Positions 31,090 through 40,017 are shown, counted from the stretch's first letter. The stretch: 64,000 nt of DNA from Halarcobacter sp. (GCA_048571215.1 CP182352.1:2528001-2592000); one strand, 5' to 3'. Notes: generated from the letters alone by a model not told the origin. Made by a program: numbers and translations.

Positions 31090-31451
31090 TATTCATTACT
31101 TTTTAAAAATTCTACTAATGACTTTCTATTATCATACATATTATAAATTTTTCCAAAACTAGTATCAGCAGGCATACTAGAATTTACAACATCATTAGTG
31201 AAATTAACTACAGCTATAGCTTCAAGTGGTCTAGTGTAAAATAATGTCTTCACAAAATTATATGCCTTTACTATAGGAACAAACAAAGTTATTACACCTA
31301 TTGCAGTTAAATCTCCATGTGAATTTATTTTTCTTTCACCTACTGGATTTTCTGCGGCATATCCTATTGAATTATTTAAAACTTTCGCATCATTTGCTGT
31401 TTGAAGATATTTATAAGATGCATTAAACAAATGCACAAAAGCTCCCGTGAC
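31089..31451 (-). pseudogene. Cassette 7 orphan toxin C-terminal fragment
   Basis: Begins at VTGAFVHLFN directly fused to an inverted junction site; tail contains NDVVNSSMP. Confidence 0.7.
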
Positions 31452-31464
31452 AGACACCTTTACT
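31447..31464 (-). repeat. Junction site 8 (type B, inverted)
   Basis: Reads agtaaaggtgtctgtcac on the minus strand. Confidence 0.65.
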
Positions 31465-31465
31465 C

Positions 31466-32215
31466 CTACTCCCCACTAATTATACTTTGATTAATCACAC
31501 CAACCATAGCTTTTATAAGCAAACTATTATCTTTTTTTATTGGTTCAAACTCTTTTTCTGTTATATTCTCGATATCATTAGGTACTTCAAATCCTACTTT
31601 TTCATTAATTGATGATAAACCTGAAAGATAAACCATATTGAATGTTGGAAAATTCTTATACTTTATTTCTCCTAAAGGATTTAACAAATACATTTTTGCA
31701 TCAACACCCAAAACAGAAAAATATTTTTTAAATCCAATAAAATGATGAGATACCAAACCTGAACCCTTATTTGTATAGAGAAAAGGATGAAGATATAGGC
31801 TAACATTCGAATCATTTATTACTATAACCGCTTTTAATTTTAAATCATTTACAAGCTTATCATAAATATTTTGTTTGTTTATAATCCATTCTTTTTCATT
31901 TGCTATTATTAGATTATTTAATGACTCTAAGCTAATGTTTTCTTGATCTAAATTAACTAATTTAACATTTATTTGACTTTTTAGTTCTTCTTCAATTTGT
32001 TCTTTAATTTTCCAATCATAACTATAACTTTTTTCAAAATTATTAAATACTGTTGTTCCCAAATGATTATGTTCAATATTTTTATTTTTTATATCAACTA
32101 AATAACCAATTCTATCAGAATTTAGAACTTTATACTTTGGAATATCAGGTCTAGTTACCACACAACCAGTAAATATAATAAAACATAAAAACATTAGAAA
32201 TATACTTCTTTTCAT
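31466..32215 (-). CDS. Lipoprotein of unknown function (island passenger)
   Basis: Signal peptide ending in lipobox IFTG-C; aagga RBS. Confidence 0.75.
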   Translation of the reverse strand: MKRSIFLMFLCFIIFTGCVVTRPDIPKYKVLNSDRIGYLVDIKNKNIEHNHLGTTVFNNFEKSYSYDWKIKEQIEEELKSQINVKLVNLDQENISLESLNNLIIANEKEWIINKQNIYDKLVNDLKLKAVIVINDSNVSLYLHPFLYTNKGSGLVSHHFIGFKKYFSVLGVDAKMYLLNPLGEIKYKNFPTFNMVYLSGLSSINEKVGFEVPNDIENITEKEFEPIKKDNSLLIKAMVGVINQSIISGE

Positions 32216-32240
32216 TCTCTTCCTTTATTTAATAGCTAAA

Positions 32241-32275
32241 ATAAAAGGGGACATAAAAGGGGACAGGCACCTTTT
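32241..32275 (-). repeat. Junction site 9 (type B, inverted) upstream of the transposase, with 12-bp stutter
   Basis: ataaaaggggac ataaaaggggacaggcacctttt. Confidence 0.9.
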
Positions 32276-32377
32276 TTATTTTTCTATTATCTAAAATTCA
32301 ATATGAAACAAATTTAGTTTAATAATATATTAAATTATATAAATATACTATTATAATAAACTTTCTAAAGATTTATT

Positions 32378-33146
32378 ATGCCAAGAATTGCTAGAAATTT
32401 AGCTGATGAACAAATTTATCATATTATAAATAGAGGTAATAGAAGAGATACTATATTTCATGATAGTTTTGATTATGAAAGATTTTTAAAACTTCTTTTA
32501 GATGCTAAGGTTAAATATCAAATCAAAATTTTTGCTTATTGTTTAATGCCTAATCATTATCATCTTGTTATATATACTCCCATTGGAGAAAATCTATCAC
32601 TAGCTATGCATTTTATTAATTCTAGTTTTGTAAGGTATTATAATAAAAAGTACAAATTATCTGGTCATCTATGGCAAGGTAGATACAAAAGTTTTATTGT
32701 ACAAAAGGAAGAGTATTTATTAACACTATTAAGATATGTAGAAGCAAATCCTCTAAGAGCTAAGATAGTTAAGGATTGTATAGATTATAAATATTCATCT
32801 GCAAATAAAAGGGTTAACAACATAAACAATCCAATACTTGATGATATACCAATTATACTACCTAATAATTGGCACAATTTTATTAATGACAATGAAAAAA
32901 AATTGATTTAGATTACATAAGAAATTCAATAGAAAGACAATCTCCTTTAGGAGATGAAAACTGGCAATACATGATATGTAAAAGGTATGGTTTAGAATTT
33001 ACTATTAGACCAAGGGGAAGACCTAAAATAAAAGAAAATTTTGAATATGAAATTTTAGAAGAGGATGAAGATATTTTAATTGAATTTAAATATAAACAAG
33101 GAACAACTTTAAATGTAGATTTTAATGATAGCAATTGCCAAGGTTA
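32378..33146 (+). CDS. REP-associated tyrosine transposase (RAYT, Y1/HUH, IS200-like fold), frameshifted at an A8 tract; C-terminus fused to duplicated host sequence
   Basis: MPR, YHIINRGN, YCLMPNHYHL (HUH), LWQGRYKS, RYVEANPLRA (catalytic Tyr) and YKYSS motifs; ORF stops at 32911, and adding one A at 32895-32902 continues ...SPLGDENW...TIRPRGRPK. Confidence 0.88.
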
Positions 33147-33168
33147 ATCCTTCAAGCTATCAAGTTTT
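33022..33168 (+). repeat. Right 147-bp direct repeat
   Basis: Copy of 25637-25783. Confidence 0.95.
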
Positions 33169-34196
33169 CCTTGAATAAATTTTTTTACTACCTTATAATC
33201 AATAGTTTCTCTAAAATCTTCAAAATAACATCCACTAGCATTTGGATGTCCTCCACCATTTGCTAGTTTTTGGGCTATTAAAGATACATCAACTTTTCCA
33301 TCTGCTCTAAAGGAAGTACTACCTTTTTTCCCAACATCGATAAAAAAATCATAATCCTTATTCTCTTGTAAAAAAGCATTTGCAGGGATAGAAATAGAAC
33401 CTAAAGTATAAGTTAATAATCCCTTGTGACCTTTATAAATCACTGTTAAATCATCTTTTAATTTTTCCAAAGATTTCACTAGGTATTTAGCACTAAGATT
33501 ATCAATTGTGTCGTCTACTCCATCTTGATTTAAAAACTCTTTTTTTAATCTATGGATATCGTTATCAAGTTTGATGTTTCCATTTTCCAAGTGTACATAT
33601 AAAGATGCTTTTTTCAATAAATATAATCTAAAATCTCTATTTAAATCTGCAAATAAGATATTATTTACTTCCCTTACACGACTAACCATACTCAATAAAA
33701 CTTTTCCAAATTCAAAGTTTTTGACTTGATCATCAAGCCATATATCAATGGCATTAACAGAGTCAATTAAAGGTTTCAACCAAGAGCTAGTTTGGCAATC
33801 AAAACCTTCATAATCCTCAAACATATAATCATATGTGATTTTAGCTGCACATCTTGTAGTATCTAAATAATACCAATCATACTTCAAAGCACTTTTTTCA
33901 CCTGTAGCATGATGATCTAAAAGCTGAAGCTTAATATCATAACCCTCTTCTTTTAATTTATTAATATTGTTATTTAAATCTTTTGATTCATTTATAGTAA
34001 GGTTCAAGTCAGTAATTAAAAAAAATATCTCTTTACCCTTATACTCTTTTATAGACTCTAATATTTTTTTTAAGTTCTGTTTTACTTCAAGACCATAGTT
34101 TGCATTATAAAAAGATCCCTCTTTAAAAAACTCTTTTGTGATAAGTTGACAACTATATCCATCTAAATCAGTATGAGATAAATGAAAAAACTTCAT
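33144..34196 (-). CDS. DHH-family phosphoesterase (nanoRNase B-like)
   Basis: SHTDLDG, ITDL, LLDHH and GGGHPNASG motifs. Confidence 0.88.
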   Translation of the reverse strand: MKFFHLSHTDLDGYSCQLITKEFFKEGSFYNANYGLEVKQNLKKILESIKEYKGKEIFFLITDLNLTINESKDLNNNINKLKEEGYDIKLQLLDHHATGEKSALKYDWYYLDTTRCAAKITYDYMFEDYEGFDCQTSSWLKPLIDSVNAIDIWLDDQVKNFEFGKVLLSMVSRVREVNNILFADLNRDFRLYLLKKASLYVHLENGNIKLDNDIHRLKKEFLNQDGVDDTIDNLSAKYLVKSLEKLKDDLTVIYKGHKGLLTYTLGSISIPANAFLQENKDYDFFIDVGKKGSTSFRADGKVDVSLIAQKLANGGGHPNASGCYFEDFRETIDYKVVKKFIQGKLDSLKD

Positions 34197-34594
34197 GAAG
34201 AGATATCCTTAAGAGTTAAACCACTTAAGAACATATTTATTTTATTTTGAAGATTGTTTAATAAAGGCCAAATATTACAAGCACCAGCTAAGTCAGATGG
34301 ACAAGATGATATAGAAGGTGAACATTCAAATACTGAAGGCATCTTCTCTTCTGCTACTGTAGTTATCTCTAAAATGGTAAGTTCATCGTAAGGTCTTTTT
34401 AAAACAAAGCCCCCATTAACTCCCCTATGAGAAACCACAATATCATGTTTTGCTAGGTTTTGCATAATTTTTGCTAAAAAAGACTTAGGTATATTTAATT
34501 CACGAGAAAGTACATCAACATTTTTTGGTGAATCACTTTTCGCTATTGATATCAATGACAACAGTGCGTATTCGCTTTTTTTTGTAAGTAACAT
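34193..34594 (-). CDS. Rrf2-family transcriptional regulator with three Cys
   Basis: FLAKIMQNL, SHRGVNGGF and C-x6-C-x6-C. Confidence 0.9.
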   Translation of the reverse strand: MLLTKKSEYALLSLISIAKSDSPKNVDVLSRELNIPKSFLAKIMQNLAKHDIVVSHRGVNGGFVLKRPYDELTILEITTVAEEKMPSVFECSPSISSCPSDLAGACNIWPLLNNLQNKINMFLSGLTLKDISS

Positions 34595-34692
34595 CTATAT
34601 CCCAATCTTAATTTCTTTTTATTCTACACAAAGAATTATTAATATTAATTATTATTTGCGATTAATTTTCTTTTTTTTAGTTTAATTTAAAA

Positions 34693-34726
34693 AAAAAGGT
34701 TGCAAGAATTAACTTGCAACCTTTTT
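34693..34726 (-). terminator. Intrinsic terminator downstream of rpsO
   Basis: aaaaaggttgcaag-aattaa-cttgcaaccttttt with a long U tract on the minus strand. Confidence 0.85.
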
Positions 34727-34747
34727 ACTGCAAAAATAAAACTAAAA

Positions 34748-35020
34748 TTATTTAGCTCTAATTCCTAAATCTGCAACTAATGAAGTAAATTTAGTATAGT
34801 CAGTTTTTCTTAGGTATTTAAGAAGTCTTTTTCTTTTACCAACCATTTTTAAAAGACCTAATCTTGATGAGTGGTCTTTTTTATTTATTTTTAAGTGTTC
34901 AGTTAATACTTTTATTTGCTGTGTTAAAATAGCAATTTGTACCTCTGCTGAACCTGTATCACCTTCGCTTCTTCTGTATTTTGCAATAATATCTGCTTTT
35001 ACGTCCTGATCTAAAGCCAT
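34748..35020 (-). CDS. rpsO: 30S ribosomal protein S15
   Basis: [10 protein letters not shown] and [20 protein letters not shown] motifs. Confidence 0.98.
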   Translation of the reverse strand: MALDQDVKADIIAKYRRSEGDTGSAEVQIAILTQQIKVLTEHLKINKKDHSSRLGLLKMVGKRKRLLKYLRKTDYTKFTSLVADLGIRAK

Positions 35021-35149
35021 AATGACCTCCTAATAGGTATATAATCTCACTTGTTAAAGTGGACGCGTATTATACTTGAAGTAAAATTAATATTTAATTA
35101 AGATAATTGATTATTTTTGATAAAATCAAAATAAAAAGAAAATATTTAG

Positions 35150-35938
35150 ATGAAAATAATAAATTTTAAAAACATATATGTAAGTTATGATGTAAAACCT
35201 GTCTTAGAAAACATCAATTTAGAGATAAATACTGGCGAACATTGGGTCATTTTAGGTGCAAATGGTAGTGGTAAATCAACCCTAATGAAACTTTTTTCAA
35301 ACGACTTATATCCAAATACTAAATATAAATTCCAAAAAGAGATTTTTGGACAATCTAGACATTCAATCTTTGAGCTAAAAAAGAATTTAGGAATAATTAC
35401 AAACAATTTACACAACTACTTTGAGAACCATGGAAATTTCCTTACAACTTATGAAGTTATAATTAGTGGTTATTATAGCTCTATTGGTGTATTTAAGCAT
35501 CAGGATTTTACAAAAGAACAACATGAAAAAACTTTAGAGGTTTTAGAATTTCTTGAATTATTAGATATAAAAGACAAAAAAGTTTGTCATATGAGTACAG
35601 GACAACTTAGAAAATCTATAATTGGACGTGCCCTCATTCATAACCCAAAAGCCTTTATACTTGATGAACCTACAGTGGGACTCGATATAAAAGCTCAAAA
35701 TAACTTTTTAAATCTACTTAGAAAACTTTCAAAAAAAGCCTCAATTATTTTAGTAACACACCATATAGAAGAGATTTTTGATGAGATATCTCATGTAGCA
35801 CTTATATATAATAATACAATCCATAAACAAGGTTTAAAAAAAGAGATTTTAAACTCAAAAAATCTTAGTGAGATTTTTGAACTTGATTTAACAATAAATG
35901 AAAGCAACTCTAGATACTTTATTAAAAGTATAAAATAA
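35150..35938 (+). CDS. ABC transporter ATP-binding protein (ModF-like)
   Basis: GANGSGKS, MSTGQ, ILDEP and VTHH motifs. Confidence 0.85.
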   Translation: MKIINFKNIYVSYDVKPVLENINLEINTGEHWVILGANGSGKSTLMKLFSNDLYPNTKYKFQKEIFGQSRHSIFELKKNLGIITNNLHNYFENHGNFLTTYEVIISGYYSSIGVFKHQDFTKEQHEKTLEVLEFLELLDIKDKKVCHMSTGQLRKSIIGRALIHNPKAFILDEPTVGLDIKAQNNFLNLLRKLSKKASIILVTHHIEEIFDEISHVALIYNNTIHKQGLKKEILNSKNLSEIFELDLTINESNSRYFIKSIK

Positions 35939-36029
35939 AATCTAACTTTTTTACAAAGACTTGATGTTTATAAAAAAATATGTTACAATTTATTTATTTT
36001 TAATCTAAATTAAAGAAAAGGAGTTTATT

Positions 36030-36674
36030 ATGTCTATAGTTCCAGAAATTTTACGAAATCCTAATAATTCTATTTTTAATTTAGAAGAAGCAGAAATTTA
36101 CTCTTTTAAAGAAGCTCATGAGTTAATAGCTCTAGGGAAATACTCATATTCACTTTTTGCATTATGGAATAGTGTAGTGATAAATATCCAAAGAAGAATT
36201 GAAAACTTTGGAATAGAAAACTTAAAAAATATTATAAAACAAAGTGAATACTACAATGCAGACGGTAATAGCTTAAAAGATAGATGGTTAAATATAAATG
36301 AGTTTAACCTAATAGATTATGCATTGAAACTTGCAATAATAAACCATTCAACCCATGATTTGATAAGCACTTTATATTGGATGAAATCAAATACCAATAT
36401 AGAAGAGATTAAAGAGATTAATGAAGAAGAGATTTATTCTTTACTTTATTTAATAGAAAAAAATCTTTTTTTAAAAAAGTTTAAATCAGATAAAAGATTT
36501 AATACTATTTCAAAAGAGTCAGAAAAAGAATATAAAAGAAGAAAAGATGATAAAGAAAAAATAGTTTCAACTTTATCAAATACCCACCAAGAACTTTTAC
36601 TTAAAAGTTCATCAAAACTATTTAATCAAGATAAAAACCTTGAAGAAGAACATCTTTTAAGCAAATATATCTAA
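36030..36674 (+). CDS. Hypothetical protein
   Basis: 214-aa ORF with aaggag RBS. Confidence 0.65.
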   Translation: MSIVPEILRNPNNSIFNLEEAEIYSFKEAHELIALGKYSYSLFALWNSVVINIQRRIENFGIENLKNIIKQSEYYNADGNSLKDRWLNINEFNLIDYALKLAIINHSTHDLISTLYWMKSNTNIEEIKEINEEEIYSLLYLIEKNLFLKKFKSDKRFNTISKESEKEYKRRKDDKEKIVSTLSNTHQELLLKSSSKLFNQDKNLEEEHLLSKYI

Positions 36675-36737
36675 TAATTAATGGTTTTACTTATAAAATT
36701 TTGATATAAATAAACTTTTAAATAAAAAAGGCAATCA

Positions 36738-37553
36738 ATGCAAACATATATTTTAGAAAAAGGGTTTATTTATAAACTTTTTATGCTTACAGCTTTTTCA
36801 CTTTTTGCTCTTGTTATGTATCAAGGCTATGTAAAAGGTGAAACTATTTATTCAATTTTATTTTTTGGCTCAATCTCATTGTGTGCCTTTCAAATTGCAT
36901 CTATTTTTTATGTAATTTTTGTACAAAGAAGAGTTGAATTAACAATAGATGATGAAAATATCTCATGGAAAATCTACGATAATAAAAAGCTCTATAAAGA
37001 AAATAGCATCCAAAAAAATAAAATAAAAGAGATAAAAACAGAGATAAACTACCTTATGGGAAATATATATTCAAACTTTACTGTTACTTTTATATTAGAT
37101 GATGATAGTGAAGATATTTTAACAGATGGGCTTATTTATGATTTTACCCTCAAAAAAGCTGAAGATTTATGTAGGTTTCTTTTAAAAAATAAACTTGGTC
37201 ATGAACAAGATGTTAAGTTTTCGACTTTAGTTGAAGAGCTTAATATTGATCTTACAAAGGAGCAAGTTTTTAGTAAAAAAGCTGGTAAATCTTATTTTGT
37301 TGGTCTTATCTCAAAAAATAAAAAAGAGTTCTTATCTTTAAGACTTCAAATTGAAAACCTATATCCTAACTATAAAGTAATAGAAAAAAATGCAAATAAT
37401 GAATATCTAATAAAGTCAGATGAGATTAAAGATAGCTATATATACCTAAGGTCAAATGCTATTGGATATTTTGTAGAGTTTTACAATGTATCAAAAAAAG
37501 AGGAATTAAAAAGCTTAAAACAGATGGGGGAAAAAGAAAAAATAGGTTTTTAA
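36738..37553 (+). CDS. Hypothetical membrane protein
   Basis: 271-aa ORF with two N-terminal TM segments. Confidence 0.65.
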   Translation: MQTYILEKGFIYKLFMLTAFSLFALVMYQGYVKGETIYSILFFGSISLCAFQIASIFYVIFVQRRVELTIDDENISWKIYDNKKLYKENSIQKNKIKEIKTEINYLMGNIYSNFTVTFILDDDSEDILTDGLIYDFTLKKAEDLCRFLLKNKLGHEQDVKFSTLVEELNIDLTKEQVFSKKAGKSYFVGLISKNKKEFLSLRLQIENLYPNYKVIEKNANNEYLIKSDEIKDSYIYLRSNAIGYFVEFYNVSKKEELKSLKQMGEKEKIGF

Positions 37554-37555
37554 CC

Positions 37556-38885
37556 GAGACCGTTCAAAAATCTGTGTCAAGTCACCTAAAGTAACAAATC
37601 CATACTTGTTACAACTCTAAATAATTATCCAATCTCCCTTCGAAAAATATAGCAAGTTGGGAGATTGTTAAACTCCAATTATGCACTGGCTGAGTCCATT
37701 TTACTTTTGCATTTAATATTCCCATATACAACAATTTTAAAAGTGAATTCTCATTAGGGAAAGCTCCTTTTGTTTTGGTTAATTTTCTAAATTGCCTATG
37801 TACAGATTCAATAATATTTGTAGTGTACATAATCTTTCTTATCTCTTTTGGATATTTAAAATAATAAGATAAATTCTCCCATTTATTTTGCCAAGATTGA
37901 AGTACTATGGGATATCTTTTCCCCCATTTTTCATCTAGTTTTAAAAGCTCATCTTCTGCAAGTTCTTTTGTTGTTGCTTGATAAACAAGTTTTAAATCTC
38001 TCATAAACTCTTTTTGGTCTTTAGAAGCTACATACTTCAATGAATTACGAATTTGATGTACAACACAAAGTTGTACTTCGGTATTTGGATATATTGTTTT
38101 AATAGCTTCAGGAAAGCCTTTAAGACCATCTACTGATGCAATTAGTATATCTTCTAATCCTCTATTATTTAAATCAGTAAGAACACTAAGCCAGAAGTTT
38201 GCTCCTTCACTTTGGGATAAATATAATCCTAATATATCTTTTTTACCATCAATTCCCATCCCTAAAACTGTGTAAACTGCTTTACTCACATACTTCCCAC
38301 CATCTTTTATTTTATAATGTATCGCATCAAGCCATACAAATGGATAAATAGCTTCTAAAGGTCTACTTTGCCAAGCTTTTACCTTATCTATAATTTTATC
38401 TGTAATAGTGCTTATTGTTGCACTTGATAATTGTATTTGATATATCTCTTCAATATGTTTTATAATATCTCTATAGCTTAATCCTAAGCCATACATAGAT
38501 AATATCTTTTCTTCTATTTCATTAGACATTGTTGTTTGGTTTTTCTTTACAAGTTGTGGTTCAAAAGAACCTGTTCTATCTCTTGGAGTATTCAATTCAA
38601 AGGAACCACTTGTTGATTTTATTGTTTTAGAGCTTTTACCATTCTTTCTATTTTTATTTCCTGCAAATACATCTTGAGTTATATGAGAATCTAATTCTGC
38701 TTCTAAAGCAGCTTCAACTAATTGTTTTACTAATGGAGCAAGTACTCCATCTTTACCATTGATATTTTTACCTGCAAGTAAATCTTGTACAGCTTCATTA
38801 AAATCAAATTGTTTTTTCTTTTCCATCTATATCAATCCTTATAATATTTATTATATCAGACTGACACAGATTTTCTAACACTCCC
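37556..38885 (-). mobile_element. IS256-family insertion sequence, copy 1 (1330 bp)
   Basis: Imperfect IRs gagaccgttcaaaaatctgtgtca / gggagtgttagaaaatctgtgtca; 8-bp TSD ttttaacc at 37548-37555 and 38886-38893. Confidence 0.95.
37609..38826 (-). CDS. IS256-family transposase (intact)
   Basis: PRDR, WQSRPL...VWLDA, VDGLKGF, QLCVVHQIRN and TTNIIES motifs. Confidence 0.95.
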   Translation of the reverse strand: MEKKKQFDFNEAVQDLLAGKNINGKDGVLAPLVKQLVEAALEAELDSHITQDVFAGNKNRKNGKSSKTIKSTSGSFELNTPRDRTGSFEPQLVKKNQTTMSNEIEEKILSMYGLGLSYRDIIKHIEEIYQIQLSSATISTITDKIIDKVKAWQSRPLEAIYPFVWLDAIHYKIKDGGKYVSKAVYTVLGMGIDGKKDILGLYLSQSEGANFWLSVLTDLNNRGLEDILIASVDGLKGFPEAIKTIYPNTEVQLCVVHQIRNSLKYVASKDQKEFMRDLKLVYQATTKELAEDELLKLDEKWGKRYPIVLQSWQNKWENLSYYFKYPKEIRKIMYTTNIIESVHRQFRKLTKTKGAFPNENSLLKLLYMGILNAKVKWTQPVHNWSLTISQLAIFFEGRLDNYLEL

Positions 38886-38887
38886 TT

Positions 38888-39856
38888 TTAACCACCTGTT
38901 TCATAAAAAGCTCTATTTGAAACCTCATCTTCTGAAAGCTCAGACCATCTATTTTTTTCAGGTTTGTTTTTTAATACATCTTTCAAAATTAAAGAAGCTT
39001 TCTTAATATCTTGATTTTGAATAGCCTCTTTTATACTTTGAGAATCTTCATAATACAAACAAGGGATTAAAACCCCACTTGCAGTAAGTCTAATTCGGTT
39101 GCAACTAGCACAAAAATCATCTTTGTGTGGTTCAATTATTCCAAAAACATATCCATCATCTAATTTATAATCCTGAGAGGGTGAACTACCTACTCTTTCT
39201 TGTTTTGTAAAGTTATACTTTGATTTTATAACTTTTTGAATCTCTTGACTATCTAAACCCTTTGCCATATTTGATGCATGAGTGTTTTCCATTAGTTCAA
39301 TAAATCTAATAGGGAACCCTTTTTCTTTACAAAACTCTAAAATCTCTATTAGTTCAGTATCATTTACACCTTTTATAGGAACACAATTTATTTTTATTTT
39401 AAGTCCAACCCTTGAAGCCTCTTCAATCCCCTTTAAAACTTGTTTTAAAACATCTTTTTGTGCAACTTTTTGTGCAACTTCTGGTTTAAGTGAATCAAGA
39501 GATACATTTATCCTTTTTAAGCCTGCATCTTTTAATTTTTGTGCACAAGAAGGAAGTAGATATCCATTTGTAGTTAAAGCTAAATCAATATCATCTTTAT
39601 AGCTTGAAATCATTCTTATAAAATTATCTAAGCCCTCTCTTAAAAGTGGTTCACCACCTGTGACTCTAACTTTTTTAATACCCTCATCAATACAAACTTT
39701 TACAAACTCAAAAAGCTCTTCATATGTCAATAATTCCTCTTTTGGAACCCAAGAAAATGGTTTTTCCGGCATACAATATTGGCATCTAAAGTTACATCGT
39801 TCTGTAACAGAAACCCTTAAATAATCAACTTTTCTACCAAAACCATCTATTAACAT
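38888..39856 (-). CDS. moaA: GTP 3',8-cyclase
   Basis: [17 protein letters not shown] and C-terminal GG. Confidence 0.96.
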   Translation of the reverse strand: MLIDGFGRKVDYLRVSVTERCNFRCQYCMPEKPFSWVPKEELLTYEELFEFVKVCIDEGIKKVRVTGGEPLLREGLDNFIRMISSYKDDIDLALTTNGYLLPSCAQKLKDAGLKRINVSLDSLKPEVAQKVAQKDVLKQVLKGIEEASRVGLKIKINCVPIKGVNDTELIEILEFCKEKGFPIRFIELMENTHASNMAKGLDSQEIQKVIKSKYNFTKQERVGSSPSQDYKLDDGYVFGIIEPHKDDFCASCNRIRLTASGVLIPCLYYEDSQSIKEAIQNQDIKKASLILKDVLKNKPEKNRWSELSEDEVSNRAFYETGG

Positions 39857-40017
39857 AAATCCTACCTATAAAAAATTTTGTTAGCATATTATAAAAAAGC
39901 TTAAATAAAATAGAGTATTGATTTATAATTTAAAAGTTAAATTTTATTTACCAATTAATTTCCATCTTAAAATTTATAAATATTTATTTTGCTATACTTC
40001 CGTAAAAAAGATAATTT

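Larger units (their letters stand above)
25637..33168. mobile_element. Genomic island: Y1/RAYT transposase plus array of seven toxin-CT/immunity cassettes, bounded by 147-bp direct repeats
   Basis: Direct repeats at 25637-25783 and 33022-33168 (1 mismatch), repeated junction sites, transposase, and interruption of an otherwise convergent gene pair. Confidence 0.85.

Noticed and set aside
25820..32275. Classical integron attC array
   Set aside because: No tyrosine-recombinase integrase, and the sites lack the RYYYAAC...GTTRRRY ends and length of attC sites
32913..33134. 73-aa minus-strand ORF
   Set aside because: Antisense shadow of the frameshifted transposase tail and the duplicated host sequence
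32378..33146. IS200/IS605 element with TnpB
   Set aside because: No tnpB; the motifs (MPR start, NRGN, WQGRY, RPRGRPK tail) fit RAYT-type proteins rather than IS200 TnpA
35021..35075. Ribosomal S15 leader RNA
   Set aside because: Only a short possible hairpin is visible; cannot be supported without a covariance model search
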